DNA of 64,000 nt from Endomicrobiales bacterium (GCA_963794945.1 CAWCFT010000002.1:32001-96000); one strand, 5' to 3'; shown: positions 9,795 through 22,440, counted from the stretch's first letter. Notes: generated from the letters alone by a model not told the origin. Made by a program: numbers and translations.

Positions 9795-11327
9795 ATGATA
9801 ATTACTCTACTGCATTGGCTCAAAACAAAAGAAAAACAGATACTCGGTGGAAGTTCTAACGGTGCCCGGTTCATGCGCGGAACATTTTGGATGTCCGCGA
9901 GCACTGTCGCAACGCTCATCCTCGGAATGACAGCTTCCATAACCGTCGCCCGAATGCTCAACAAAACGGATTTCGGCAAGCTGGGTATGATAGTGAACAC
10001 CATAGCAATGCTCGGCACGTTCGCGGGGCTCGGCCTGGGGCTCACTTCTCTCAAATACGTCGCCGAGTACAGATCAAGTGACCCGGCAAGAGCTTCGCGC
10101 ATCATTAATCTCTGCAACCTGCTTGCCGCGTATTCAAGCGGAATAGTCTGTATCCTTCTTTTCATTTTTGCTAAACAACTATCTTCACGTGTGCTTAATG
10201 CCCCGGAACTCACCAATGCCTTGCGCATGGGCACGGTGCTTCTTTTCTTCTATACGGTTAATGCCACCCAGTCCAGCTCACTTTCCGGGCTTGAGGCTTT
10301 CAGGTCGCAGGCAAAGGTAAGCGTTATGAGAGGCGCGATAAATTTCCCTGTTATGATCATAGGCACCTATCTGTTTGGTTTATACGGCGCCGTGGTTGGA
10401 TCGGTGATATCAAGCGCGTTTGGATGGTTCATGAACCATATGGCCCTGAGAAAAGAACGCAGGATAGCTAATATTCCAGAAGACGGGGGGAAAGCTTTCA
10501 GTGAATTTCCAGTATTATGGAAGTATTCGCTGCCGGCGCTTATTAGCGGAGCCCTCGCAGGGCCTGTTCTCTGGATAGCCAACACGATCCTTGCTAACCA
10601 GCCCGGAGGGTACGGGGAGCTTGGCCTGGTTAACGCGGCCAACCAGTGGCGAAACCTAATAACATTGCTTCCGTCAATATTTTGCGGCGTAGCGCTGCCA
10701 ATACTCTCTTCGGAACAGAGTTCAACGTCCGACAACCGCGAAACGCTCGACCTCACCCAAAAAGTTACTATATCAATTGTGATCCCGGTTTACACAGTCA
10801 CGCTGTTCCTTGGGGACTACATCATGGGCCTTTACGGGAGATCCTTCGCGGGAGGCTACCCGGTACTGGTCGGAATAACGTTCGCGATCTGCATAATGAC
10901 AATAGCAAACGTTGGCGGGACTAACCTGGCCGCGGCTGGAAAAATGTGGACAGGCCTTTTTTTCAATCTCGCGTGGGGAACGACACTGGTCGGCTTCGTG
11001 TATAAATTCGCCCCGGCCGGCGGCGCAAGGTCTTACGCTTTGGGGTACGTTATAGCGTATCTAGTTCTTTTCTGCCTGATGATATGGTATTTAAAAGATA
11101 TTTTTTCGCGCAAGACCTTAGTGCTGTCTCTGGCATCCGTATTGTTCCTGGGAGTTCTGACGCTTATAAGCCTCAAACTTTCTATGAGCAGCAGATTGAT
11201 GCTTGCCGCGCCTTTCCTCTTGTTCAGCCTGGCCGCATCGTTCGTTGTCCTAGGAAAGGGTTATTCCATAAGGATCCTTGACAAAATAAAGACCATTTTA
11301 TCTACAAAGAAAACGCTTTCAGTTTGA
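9795..11327 (+). CDS. wzx: Oligosaccharide flippase (Wzx)
   Basis: ~14 TMs, 'ARML..TDFG', 'GLGLTSLKYVAE', 'LWKYSLP'. Confidence 0.88.
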   Translation: MIITLLHWLKTKEKQILGGSSNGARFMRGTFWMSASTVATLILGMTASITVARMLNKTDFGKLGMIVNTIAMLGTFAGLGLGLTSLKYVAEYRSSDPARASRIINLCNLLAAYSSGIVCILLFIFAKQLSSRVLNAPELTNALRMGTVLLFFYTVNATQSSSLSGLEAFRSQAKVSVMRGAINFPVMIIGTYLFGLYGAVVGSVISSAFGWFMNHMALRKERRIANIPEDGGKAFSEFPVLWKYSLPALISGALAGPVLWIANTILANQPGGYGELGLVNAANQWRNLITLLPSIFCGVALPILSSEQSSTSDNRETLDLTQKVTISIVIPVYTVTLFLGDYIMGLYGRSFAGGYPVLVGITFAICIMTIANVGGTNLAAAGKMWTGLFFNLAWGTTLVGFVYKFAPAGGARSYALGYVIAYLVLFCLMIWYLKDIFSRKTLVLSLASVLFLGVLTLISLKLSMSSRLMLAAPFLLFSLAASFVVLGKGYSIRILDKIKTILSTKKTLSV

Positions 11328-11346
11328 TCACGGAGGCCCAATAGAT

Positions 11347-12087
11347 ATGCCTGAAAAACAACTCGACAGCAAACAGTGGCATAACGCTATAATAGGCGAC
11401 GCCTCTCCTGAAGACATTGCTGGAAGGATCTCGTCCGGGCAAACACCTGAATGGCTGAAACCCGTGCTAGAGCTTTCAAAGCCGGGCGATTCTGTTCTTG
11501 AGTTCGGCAGCGGGACAGGGCTTCTGTCTGGAGCACTGGCAAAGAACGGGAGATCGGTAACACTTATCGATTACAGCCCCGACAGCATAGAATTCTGCAA
11601 AAATGTTTTCAAGTCGGCCGGGCTGGACGCTTGCTTTCTGGTTGCCGATGTTCTCAACCCGCTCCCTATAAAAGACAGCTCTTTCGACTGTGTGTGGAGC
11701 GGCGGCCTGCTTGAGCATTTCACTGACGAAGACATAACACGCATATTAAAAGAATCTTGCAGAATATCCCGGAAATATGTCGTTTCGCTTGTCCCTAACG
11801 CTTATTCCTGCGCTTACAGGGCGGGAAAATGGTATCAGGAAAAGCACGGCTTATGGTCCTGGGGGGCCGAAGGCCCTAAGGGGTCCCTGAAGCCCCTGTT
11901 CAAGAGATCAGGTTTGAAAAATGTGAGTGAATATACTATCGCCCCTAAAGCATCGATAAATTTCCTGGCTCCGGTCAAGCCGGTATTGTTGGCAAAAATA
12001 GCCGCTAAGCTTTTTAATATGATCCCGGACAGGGCCATGAAAGCGTTAAAACAGGGTTATCTGCTTGTTACGATAGGAGAAAAATGA
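11347..12087 (+). CDS. Class I SAM-dependent methyltransferase
   Basis: VLEFGSGTG; 'FDCVWSGGLLEHF'. Confidence 0.88.
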   Translation: MPEKQLDSKQWHNAIIGDASPEDIAGRISSGQTPEWLKPVLELSKPGDSVLEFGSGTGLLSGALAKNGRSVTLIDYSPDSIEFCKNVFKSAGLDACFLVADVLNPLPIKDSSFDCVWSGGLLEHFTDEDITRILKESCRISRKYVVSLVPNAYSCAYRAGKWYQEKHGLWSWGAEGPKGSLKPLFKRSGLKNVSEYTIAPKASINFLAPVKPVLLAKIAAKLFNMIPDRAMKALKQGYLLVTIGEK

Positions 12088-12127
12088 GGAGATAGCACGT
12101 AAGCGGCTATGCTGTTTTTTCAATAAC

Positions 12128-15116
12128 ATGAACAAGTGTTTAAAACTTTTTGCAATTCTTTTTATTTTTTCTTTGTCGTTCACTTGTTTAATTCAAAATG
12201 TTTACGCTGTAAAATTAGTGATAAAAGTAGTTGACCAGCAGGGCAGGGAGATCGCGGGTTCCAAGGTCAACGTGGCGAACATAGGCACGTTTACAACAGG
12301 ATCTACGGCGGACATACCCGCAGGGCAATATAGTGTTTCGGTTGCGCCCGGACGCTCCGGAAAAGCCGGAGATTTCAACTGCCTTGCCAGGAACGAAACT
12401 GTTAAAATTAATGCTGCCATGTCTTTATTGGAGTTTAAGTGGGTAATTTCGCCCGTGACAGTCAACATAGTTGACCAGAACGGTAATCCAGGCTGCTCGA
12501 TGATAACGGGTATAATGAACGATTATTTGTCTAAAACATATACTTTCTATTTGCCTGCCACGGATAAAATGATTTATCCCACAATTCGGGGCATCTGCTC
12601 TAATGGTTACACTCTCAAGAGCCCTGATTTCTTAAATAAAAATGAGGTATTCAAAGTTTCAGACCGTCCTCTGGCTATCAAAAGGACCTGGAATAACCCG
12701 TATTTTCCTGGTAACGGCATTACCACTGGAAGATTCGCGAAGATCATCGAAGGACGGGATGTAGACAAGGCTTTAAGGAAGCAGAACGAAGACTCCGTCA
12801 CGCCGTCCGAAGTACCCAGGCTTTACGGGAAACCGGGCGGCTTTACTGTTTTCGATGACGGCGTAGATATATGTTCTAAAGAATACGCCGACTTGAGAGG
12901 GTTCGAAAAGCCACTGGCTCCCGTGTACCAGGACCTTTCGAAAGGCTGGCCTAATCCGAAGGTTAAGTCTGGCAAACTGGCTATTGATCCAGCTAGCGGC
13001 CGGTTCGCACTATTTTCAGGCAACTACCCAACAAAATCTCTTATTTCCAGCAAAGGTTTTGCTTACACTGGTTTTGCGGTGCCCGGGAACGGTGAAGTCA
13101 TAGTGCAGGGGAATTATGCTTATATAGCTCCCGGGGAAGGCAATTTCCAGGTTTTTGACATAACTGATAAAAGAGCGCCGAAGCCTGTTGGCCATTTTAA
13201 CGCCGGCTTCAAGTACAACCCCGCAGTGTACAAGAACACAGCTTATCTTCTAAGGAAAAGTATTTATCCAGTTGATATAAGCCGGCCGGAAAACCCGAAA
13301 TGGCTTGATGGAAGCACACCATGGACGCCGCCTTCCGGTGGGGGCGCGGGAAATATAGTTATACATAACGGATATGCTTTCGTAACGGCGGCGGGTTCTA
13401 ATATTGGGTTTTATGTTCTGGATATTTCGAATCCCGGAAATTTAAAAGTGTTGGCCTCTTTAGACATAGGCGACCCAATGGGAGGCAGCGAGCTGTTTAT
13501 TGAGGGCGACAGGGCGTATGTCGCCATTCCCGGCAGGCGTGCCGATTACTCCGAACCGAAAGGCGGAGGTGTTGTGGCGATAGATATCAGCCGTCCGCTT
13601 TGTCCAAAGGTGTTAGGATCTTATAGGCCAAAACCCGGAGATGATGTTTATAGCTCGCCATACCTTATAGGGTGTAAAGGTAATATCATGGTCATGACCA
13701 GCGACTGGCGCCCTCCAAATTTTCCTCCCGAAAGACCGGGCAGTCTTATGCTGGTTGATATGTCCAACCCCGCAAGGCCGGTAAAAAGAGGGGTATATAC
13801 GTTCCTTGATGATCATGGAAAGATACAGGGCAACCTTAAGCTAATTGATTGCGCCACAAAAGACAATTGTATCTACGTGACCGATTGCAATTACGATTAC
13901 AATCAGGACTCAATGAGCAGGAACAACCCGCCAACGCGCCTTTTCACGTTCGATATCAGTAACCCGGGAAAACCGCTTTTAGTCGACCAGATCGAGCAGA
14001 AACCGGCCAGGTATTTCTTCGTATCGCGCTATGGCAATTACCTGTATGTGAACGATTACAACTACGGCATACGGATATTCGATGTCACCAACTCCAGGAA
14101 GCCTGCGTATGTTGGAGGAACGGTTACCGCGGGCGAAGGCCATTGGGCATGGACAAACGAAGATGAGACACGCTCATATATAAGCCAGACTTTCGGCGGT
14201 TCGATATTTTGCGCGGATGTCACAAATACTGGTAGCCCCACCGTTATTGGCAAACAATACTGGGATGGCGACTGTGTTGAAAACCCGATAAAGGGAAAAA
14301 ACAGCACCCTGTATGTGCCTCAGCTCTACAGCGTAAGTGTCGTTGATTTCAGCGACCCTTCCAACCCCGTTAAGACCTGTGAGCTGCCAGGACTGCCCGA
14401 GGGCATGACAGTTCCAAGGATAGACGTTGCGGGGAACAAGCTTTATGCGGTTTTGCGGGATCCGGCTAAAGCAAAGAACAGGCTTATAATATATGATATT
14501 TCCAGCCCGAACAAACCTGTATTCGTATCCGACACTGTTATTGGGTCCGGTAAACATGCCCCAAAAGTGTGCGTAAAAGGCGAATACGCATATATTATGT
14601 GCGGCGACCAGGACAAACTGTTTGTGTTTGAGATTAGCAACCCCAAAATCCCGGCCTTTTGCAGCGAGTTGTTCTGACGAACGGATTAATATCAATTTTG
14701 GCCCGGCTTACGCGGGCGACCTTGCTATCTCCAAAGGAACATTGTACGTTCTTTCAGGCCTGACGGGTGGCACAACACCGTTCTATGTTGTAGACGTTTC
14801 AGATCCTCAAAATCCATCATTTTCTAAGGCATATTGCGATAAATTTCAGCACAATGAACCGGAAAGCTTACTTGTGTATAGGGATTTCCTCATTCTAGAT
14901 GACTACTATTCCATTCATATATACAGCATTAAAGACAAAATCAACCCTGAATATATTGAAAGTACGCCTACAGGAGGCGTCGCATCTTGGAGTTTGGGGA
15001 ACATAAGAGGCTCAAACTTATATTACCCGACACTTGACGGTTTGAAAAGCGCCGCACTACCGGCAGTTAACGAGGGTTTGAAAGGCACTGTGGCAGTTCA
15101 GGCTAATTTCGAATAA
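12128..15116 (+). CDS. Large secreted LVIVD-repeat (beta-propeller) protein, frameshift near 14650
   Basis: Signal peptide; more than 10 repeats of the type 'YAYI...FQVFDIT/DISNPxxP'. ORF 14622-15116 continues the same repeats in another frame. Confidence 0.8.
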
Positions 15117-15131
15117 TTATTGGAGTAATTA

Positions 15132-16729
15132 ATGAAATCTTCCAGTCAATGGCTTGTATTTATTGTTGTATCATCCATATTTATAACTGTACTTAACCTG
15201 TCATCATTTTTCTCTATGCCGAATTTGCAAAAGATGAACGTTTTCCCGGATGATGCGTTCTATTATCTTATGCCTGCCCTGAATATAGCTAAAGGCAATG
15301 GGCCGACGGCTGACGGAACAAATCTCACAAGTGGATACCACCCTTTATGGATGGGAATACTGGCTTCAGCGGCCAGGCTTAGCGGAGAGAATAAACAAAA
15401 ACTGTTTGTTTTTTCAGTCACTTCCGGGGCATTGCTCCATACTTTGACGGCCGTCATAGTTTATATAACGGCGACAGCCGTTTGCCCGCCCTACATATCA
15501 GGCATTTTGAGTCTAATGTACCTCCTGTGCGCCGATGCCTTAAAAGAATCGATCGGAGGATCTGAGGCCGCTCTTCTCGCTTTTCTGATAGCACTATTTA
15601 TTCTATTAGAATCCAAAAAAGACGGTCTTCGCATACTTAAAGGAATAGTATTGGGCTGTATTTTTCTTGCTCGGACCGACGCGTTCATGTTCGTAGCACT
15701 GTTCTATTTCTTTTCGTTTATAAAAGGATCTATAGCTAGCGGTATGCCGTCAGCAATAAGGAAACTTGGGCTTAGCGCCGTGTTTACACTGCTGACAGCT
15801 TTACCATGGTTCCTTATATCGAAAGCAGTTTATGGCACCCTGACACAAAATTCCATGATGATGAAGCTGCTTTGGCGGGCGCGCTATTTTTCCGGTAAGA
15901 CTTTTTTTGACAAAGCCTATTTCTCGCTGGCGATGTTCAAGAGCTGGCTAGTGGCGCAGCGGACATGTACCCGTTTTTACTGTTTCTGCTTGCCGTACTG
16001 GCAGGCTACCTTGTTTATCAGTATGCTTCAGGCATTCGAAACGAAGAGCCGGCTTCACAGACAAAACAACGCTTATTAGTAAGCCTCGCCTCGCTCCTTG
16101 GCTATATCATTTTCGCTGGGATGTTTTACTCGATACGTTTCTATTTTGTGCGTTCCTGGTATTTTGCTCCTGCACGGCTTTTTTGGCCATTAGCTACGGC
16201 TCTTCTTTTATCGTTCGTTGCTTTTGACGCTAAACTTAAGGCAGCCAGGTTGATAAACAGGATAGTGATTACCGGATTGATATTAATAATTTCTTACAAC
16301 TCCCTACTGGCGGTTAAGAACTGCAAGTTAGCATCTGAAGCGACAAACAATGCCGCACAGTTTGTCGTGATGTCCGATTGGATAAATGAGAACCTTCCCA
16401 AAGACACCGTAGTTGGCGCCTATAGTTCCGGAATTCTTTCGTATTTCAGCGAAAGAAAAGTGGTAAACCTTGACGGTTTGTCTAACAATTCGATTTATAT
16501 GGCCAGCAGAAACAGGGCTATGGACAAATTCATTGACTCCATGAATATCGATTATCTTGCCGATTACGAATCTATCACCATGCCGAACAGAACCTGCGGG
16601 CTGCTGATGGATGGAGACCCTTCATTCGTAAAGAACAGGCTTAAAGAGGTATACAGGATGAAATGCAGCAGCGAGTACGGCGACCTGGTCGTTTATAAAA
16701 TACTTCCCAAAATAAATGATGAACAATAA
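15132..16729 (+). CDS. Integral membrane GT-C-fold glycosyltransferase-like protein, frameshift near 15960
   Basis: 'DDAFYY...NIAKGNGPTADG...TSGYHPLW', 'LARTD', and C-terminal 'GILSYFS...VVNLDGL' in the second frame. Confidence 0.7.
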
Positions 16730-18737
16730 AGTCAGTATAATTTTACCAACCCATAATGGCGAAAAGTTTATCGGCGAGTCTATTGACAGCTGCCTTGCGC
16801 AGACGTACAGCAATTTTGAGCTTATAATTATCGATGACGCGTCTACGGACGGCACATCCGCCGTTATAAATGAATACGCTCGCGGGGATAGCAGGATACG
16901 CTTATTACACAACGACACGAACCTCAAATTACCGCGTACGCTCAACAAAGGATTTGAGTCTTCGACCGGTGAATACCTGACATGGACCTCAGATGATAAC
17001 CGCTATGCACTGAAAGCAATTGAACATATGGTCTCTTATCTTGACGAACACCCAGATACTGATTTTGTGTATTCGAATTTCTATTATATCGATGAAAAGG
17101 GGAACATAACAGGAAAGACCAGCCTGCCCGGGCCGCGCATGCACCGTATCGGCCCGTGTTTTATGTACCGGAGAAAAATTTACGCGACAATTGGCGGCTA
17201 CAACCCTGATGTTTTTCTGGTAGAAGACTACGAATACTGGCTTAGGGTATACGATAAATTTAAGATGCGCAGGCTGAATAAATACCTTTACTACCACAGG
17301 CTCCACAAGGACAGCTTGTCCAGCCGCAGCAGCCAGCAAGAGATAACCAGATTGATGGAGCAGGCCAGGGACAGGCTCGTGCGATCAAAATCATTCTTGA
17401 ATTTTCTTAAGGCAGATAAAGCTATTAAGCAAAACGACTATAGCGAGGCGCGTAAATATTTTCTCAAATCTTTCTTTCAGAACCCTTTCAACTTGCCTTT
17501 GCTGCGCATCGGTATCATTCTGTTAACGGGGCCAAAATTAACCGAAAGAATACGCGACATAAAAGACGTACTGAAAGTATTTTTGCGCTTCAGGGGTATA
17601 TCCAAGTACTTATTGATGATGATTGGCAAGTTAGCGGCTCATATAGCGTCCGTGAAGTTTGACGGCCGGACGCTTTTCTTTTTTCCCACGTTTCATATTG
17701 GAGGAGCCGACATCGTGCACCTGCGCATATTCTCGGCGCTGCGTTCATCCGAAAAGGTTTGCTTTTTTACAAATAGGTCTTTCAATAAAGCGCTTAAATC
17801 AGATTTTGACTCCTGTGGGAAAAGCTACGACATACATGCATTGACCGTGGGGCCGATACGGTACTTGATGCTCGGATATCTAACCACGTGTATCAACAGA
17901 TCGTGTGACGTCAAGATATTCTGCGGATCTTCATCGTTTTGTTACCAGCTCATCCCATATATCAACAGTCGGGCGCGTATTTATGACCTTATCCATGCTA
18001 TCAAGACTGAGCCTGAAAAGTTGTGTATCCCTGTAACGAACGTCATTGCCAGGCGCTTTGTAGTAGTAGAAAGAGTCAAGAATGAGCTGTTAAAACGTTA
18101 CGCCGCGTCCGGCATTCCCGCGGATGAGTACGGCAGCAGGATACAGGTTGTAACAAATTACGTCGACGTCCCCGCGACTTTTGTAAAAAACAATATCACG
18201 TTAATTAAGGATGTGCTTTTTGTAGGCAGGTTCGTCCGTCTCAAACGCCCTGAGATATTCGCGCGGGTAGCCCAGAAGTGCGTTTCTGAATTCAACGGCA
18301 TGACATTTTCGATGGTAGGTGATTACGAACGTTTTAAGCACTTTTATTCAGATGATATTTTCAAACACTGCCATATGTACGGAGAGATCGCCAATTTCAA
18401 GGTTTTGGACGATATATATGACAAACACCAGCTACTGCTCGTGACTTCTTCGCAGGAAGGTTTCCCGCTAGTCATAATGGAAGCGATGGCCCGCGGGCTC
18501 GTTGTAATATCAGTTGATGTCGGAGGCATACGCGACCACATAAAGCATGGGGAGAACGGCTTTCTTGTGGACGCCACAAAAAATGAAGATGTAGTGAACG
18601 GATTCGTTAATATTATAAGCCGTATTAAAGACGATCGGGGTGTTATTGAGAAAGTCGCACGCAACGGTTATGACTATGCGTTGAAACATTTTTCGAAAGA
18701 TGTTTTTGAAAGAAAATATAACGAGGCGCTTCTATGA
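16716..18737 (+). CDS. GT2-GT4 fused glycosyltransferase
   Basis: N-terminal GT2 (SIILPTHN, DDASTD, WTSDD, EDYE); C-terminal GT4 (FVGR..KRP, EGFPLVIMEAMARG). Confidence 0.88.
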   Translation: MMNNKVSIILPTHNGEKFIGESIDSCLAQTYSNFELIIIDDASTDGTSAVINEYARGDSRIRLLHNDTNLKLPRTLNKGFESSTGEYLTWTSDDNRYALKAIEHMVSYLDEHPDTDFVYSNFYYIDEKGNITGKTSLPGPRMHRIGPCFMYRRKIYATIGGYNPDVFLVEDYEYWLRVYDKFKMRRLNKYLYYHRLHKDSLSSRSSQQEITRLMEQARDRLVRSKSFLNFLKADKAIKQNDYSEARKYFLKSFFQNPFNLPLLRIGIILLTGPKLTERIRDIKDVLKVFLRFRGISKYLLMMIGKLAAHIASVKFDGRTLFFFPTFHIGGADIVHLRIFSALRSSEKVCFFTNRSFNKALKSDFDSCGKSYDIHALTVGPIRYLMLGYLTTCINRSCDVKIFCGSSSFCYQLIPYINSRARIYDLIHAIKTEPEKLCIPVTNVIARRFVVVERVKNELLKRYAASGIPADEYGSRIQVVTNYVDVPATFVKNNITLIKDVLFVGRFVRLKRPEIFARVAQKCVSEFNGMTFSMVGDYERFKHFYSDDIFKHCHMYGEIANFKVLDDIYDKHQLLLVTSSQEGFPLVIMEAMARGLVVISVDVGGIRDHIKHGENGFLVDATKNEDVVNGFVNIISRIKDDRGVIEKVARNGYDYALKHFSKDVFERKYNEALL

Positions 18738-19753
18738 AAATTTTATTTGCCGGATGGCACAACCCAAATTTTATGTCTTTGACCGAGTATATCGAACACG
18801 CGCTCTCGCGCCTGGGGCACACACTGGAACTATTCGAATACAGACAGTTCATGATCCCGGGCAGGATCAGGAACACAGTACCTTTTCTGCAAAACTACGA
18901 TGTTAACAGGATAAACAACAAATTGATCGACAGGGTGGGCCAATTCAAGCCTGATATTTTATTCATTCTTCAGGGAGATACCATCAAACCGGAGACGATC
19001 GATATAATCAAGAGTAAATTCAAAGTAATTACCGTAAACTGGTACATCGACCAAAACCCTCTTATTGCTAATCTTTCTCTAAAGGCCGCCAAACATTACG
19101 ACCATTTCTTTTACAGTCATTCGGACGGCGTCAGGATGAACCATGAATACGGGAACAAAAACGTCAAATTATTATACTTCGCGTGCGATCCTAATGTCCA
19201 AAAACCTGTTGTTCCGAGCGCAGACGATATAAAACTTTACGGCAGCGACATTGTATTCGTAGGCTCGCATTATCCGGAGAGAGAAAGAACGCTTAGCTTT
19301 CTCGCTGATATGGGCCTGTCTATCTGGGGGCCGCGTTGGTCGTCAATACCGGCAAGTTCTCCACTCCATAAATGCATAAAAGGCGGCACCGTAGACCCAT
19401 CAGTATGGATAAAGATATTCAATTGTTCGAAAATCGTCCTTAACATCCATGCAGGGTTCGATGGAGAAAAGGGATCTCTTGCCCAGCAGGCGACGTGCAA
19501 GGTTTTTGAGATCCTTGCCTGCGGCTCTTTTGAAATCACCGATTCGAGCACCGACGTCAACGCCCTTTTTCAAACTAAAAGGCATCTTATCACATATTCA
19601 TCCAACAGCGAGCTTAAAGAACATGTAATATATTATCTCAGCCATGAAAATGAACGCAAGGAGATAGCCCGAAACGGCTACAACGAGGTAATTGCGAAAC
19701 ATACTTACACTCAAAGGATGAAAGAGATGCTTAAAATAGTCACTGGCGAATAA
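18734..19753 (+). CDS. CgeB-family (Glyco_trans_1_2) glycosyltransferase
   Basis: 'DIVFVGSHYPER', 'SKIVLNIH', 'KVFEILACG', 'HTYTQRM'. Confidence 0.85.
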   Translation: MKILFAGWHNPNFMSLTEYIEHALSRLGHTLELFEYRQFMIPGRIRNTVPFLQNYDVNRINNKLIDRVGQFKPDILFILQGDTIKPETIDIIKSKFKVITVNWYIDQNPLIANLSLKAAKHYDHFFYSHSDGVRMNHEYGNKNVKLLYFACDPNVQKPVVPSADDIKLYGSDIVFVGSHYPERERTLSFLADMGLSIWGPRWSSIPASSPLHKCIKGGTVDPSVWIKIFNCSKIVLNIHAGFDGEKGSLAQQATCKVFEILACGSFEITDSSTDVNALFQTKRHLITYSSNSELKEHVIYYLSHENERKEIARNGYNEVIAKHTYTQRMKEMLKIVTGE

Positions 19754-19850
19754 AATATTCTTATACACAACATGATTGCAAACGATTATGCTAAACTATG
19801 TGACATATGCGGCTGCGGTTGTGATTTAGAACTAATTTAAGGAGGATCAA

Positions 19851-20525
19851 ATGTGCACAACTTTCATATTAACGTTTGGTATGCTTAACCTTACCCCAGA
19901 GGATGTAAAAGGCAAACGTATAATCGATATCGGTTCGTACAACGTCAACGGTTCGTTCAGGCCGATATTCGAGTCTTGGAAACCAGCCGAATACGTAGGC
20001 GTTGATATCGCTGAAGGGCCCGGAGTGGACGTTGTTTGCACGGCAGAAGAAACATTGGCAAAATTCGGGCCTGAAAGTTTTGACATGGTGATTTCCACAG
20101 AGATGATAGAACATACCAGGAACTGGCGCAAAGTCATTTCTAATTTCAAAAACTTGTGCAAACCCGGCGGGGTTATCCTAGTGACAACAAGGTCATACGG
20201 TTCGCATTATCACGCATATCCGAATGATTTTTGGAGATATGAAGCGGATGATTTTAAAAACATTTTTTCTGACCTTATCATCAACAAAATAGATACTGAC
20301 CCCGTGGACCCTGGTGTAGTTATAAAAGCCACAAAACCTGCGGGTTTTAAGGAGATCGACCTGTCAAACTATAAGCTTTATTCAATAGTGACCGGCCAGA
20401 AGATGATTGATATTGATGACAAAACCCTGGAAGCCTTCTACAGCAATTTTAACCGGTACGACAAGGTTAAAGACATCTTCAGGAATATTTATAACTTCAT
20501 TTTCGGTGAAAAAAAGGTCATATAA
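19851..20525 (+). CDS. SAM-dependent methyltransferase
   Basis: 'IIDIGSYNVNG', 'YVGVDIAEGPGVD', 'STEMIEH', 'HAYPNDFWRY'; AAGGAGG RBS upstream. Confidence 0.85.
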   Translation: MCTTFILTFGMLNLTPEDVKGKRIIDIGSYNVNGSFRPIFESWKPAEYVGVDIAEGPGVDVVCTAEETLAKFGPESFDMVISTEMIEHTRNWRKVISNFKNLCKPGGVILVTTRSYGSHYHAYPNDFWRYEADDFKNIFSDLIINKIDTDPVDPGVVIKATKPAGFKEIDLSNYKLYSIVTGQKMIDIDDKTLEAFYSNFNRYDKVKDIFRNIYNFIFGEKKVI

Positions 20526-20551
20526 TAAATCTTAAAAGGATTTACTCATAA

Positions 20552-21845
20552 ATGCCCAGAGATATTTCCATAATAATTCCTTCCTATAATGGTATTGAGC
20601 TTTTAAAAAAATCAATTCCATACGTTATGGAGGAATGCTCTAATTATCACGGCAAGACTGAGATAATAGTCGTTGACGATGGCGGGACGGACGCCACACC
20701 AGACGATATACCACATCGTTTTGCTGGAGTTAAAGTTGTAAAACGGGAGCACAACGGCGGCTTCTGTAAAGCCGCCAATGAAGGGATTCTTAATGCTTCG
20801 TACCCTTTCGTGTTCCTTCTCAATAACGATATCGAGATCACCGGAGGTATATTCAGCAAACTGTCAGAACTGTTTTGACGATCCTTCAGTTTTCGCTGTG
20901 CAGACAAAAATAGTTTCATCGGACGATGAAATAAAAAACAACTTCATAAATGTCTATTATTCGAAATTAGGCGTATTCATATATAAGTACACAAAAGCTT
21001 CAATAAAGAACGACCAGCCGGTTGAGATCGGTTTTGCCTCTGGCGGAGCCTCTATGTTCGATAGGGACAAACTGATAGCGCTCTGCCTTTTTGATGAGAA
21101 GTTCTCGCCTTTTTATGCTGAAGACCTTGACCTGAGTTTCAGGTCCAAGCTATGGGGCTGGAAAACCCTATTTCACCCTTCCGCCGTATCCTATCACAAA
21201 CATGTCGCTTCAACGATCAATACCAATTATTCTTTTGCAAAGAGAAATATAATCCACACCAGGAACATATTCTATTTCTATTGGAAGAACCTTCCTTACC
21301 TTAAGATATTTCCGCTTTGCATCGTGACATTGCCTCTGTATCTTATATACAAACTCCTAAGAGGCAACCCATGGTATCTGCTTGGGTTCATTTCCTCACT
21401 ATTTAGTTATTTTTCAAAAGCAACAGAACCCACAACGGTTTTCAGCAACGTGCTTTATGCGGGCGGCGTGCAGTCTGAATCCGATAAGACGTTATTGGAA
21501 TCCCTGCGGGCGCATCACAATGACGCCACTCATCACATATTTGCCGTTTACAACAAAAAACTAGAAACGGCCATGTCCGGGAACCCTGTGTGTTTCAACA
21601 ATATTTCTCTGCTAAATCCTGTGCCGGGCTTTATTAAAAGTATTTATTTAGCTAAAATTGTTAAGCCTGAGATAATTCATTGCTGTGTTTCCTCACTGCT
21701 ACATGGCCTTGTCTGGATATGTGTCGCAAAAATGCTTAAGATACCGATAGTGCTTCATTTCAGGGAAGATGAAATTAACGGATGGCAAGCCGGGTTTCTA
21801 TCAGGTCTGGCGAAAATAAAAAGGAGTAAAAATGCTCAAATCTAA
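20552..21845 (+). CDS. GT2 glycosyltransferase with C-terminal extension, frameshift near 20870
   Basis: 'SIIIPSYNG...VVDDG...LLNND' in ORF 20552-20878 continues as 'FDDPSVFAV...GGASMF...FYAEDLDLSFR' in the next frame. Confidence 0.8.
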
Positions 21846-22440
21846 CTTTATCTATATTAATTTCATTAAAATTCCCGTGAAGAAGTTTATGTGTTTTTTG
21901 CGAGGGATAAAATCCGGAACAAACACTTATATTTCGTTTAAAGCGGGGTTGAAGAAGCCCGGACAGATAACTCTTGGCACCAACGTAGTTGTAGAAAAAT
22001 ATGCCAGGCTCGAGTGCGTAGGCAAAACAGCCGAAATGAATATAGGAGAAGCGACTTTTATCAGGCCGTACGGTTATATTAAAGCCGATGGCAGCAAGGT
22101 GCGGATCGGCAAAAGGTGCACGTTCAACGATTTTTCATTGATCAACGCGGTGGGCGATGTGACCATTGGTGACGACGTCCACATAGCTTCGCACGTCGTA
22201 ATTGTATCGATGAACCATATATTCAAGGACCCGGCCAAACCCATTGCCTTGCAGGGTTCAAGCAAGGTTGGGATAACTATAGAAGATGATATATGGATAG
22301 GCACTTCAGCGGTAATTTTAGACGGCGTCACGATAGGGAAAGGTTCTGTTATAGCCGCCGGCGCGGTTGTCACAAGCTCGATACCGCCTTACTCAATAGC
22401 TGCCGGCGTTCCGGCAAGAGTTATAAAGAAAAGGGGTTAA
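21832..22440 (+). CDS. Hexapeptide-repeat O-acyltransferase
   Basis: 'IEDDIWIGTSAVILDGVTIGKGSVIAAGAVV...GVPARVIK'. Confidence 0.92.
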   Translation: MLKSNFIYINFIKIPVKKFMCFLRGIKSGTNTYISFKAGLKKPGQITLGTNVVVEKYARLECVGKTAEMNIGEATFIRPYGYIKADGSKVRIGKRCTFNDFSLINAVGDVTIGDDVHIASHVVIVSMNHIFKDPAKPIALQGSSKVGITIEDDIWIGTSAVILDGVTIGKGSVIAAGAVVTSSIPPYSIAAGVPARVIKKRG

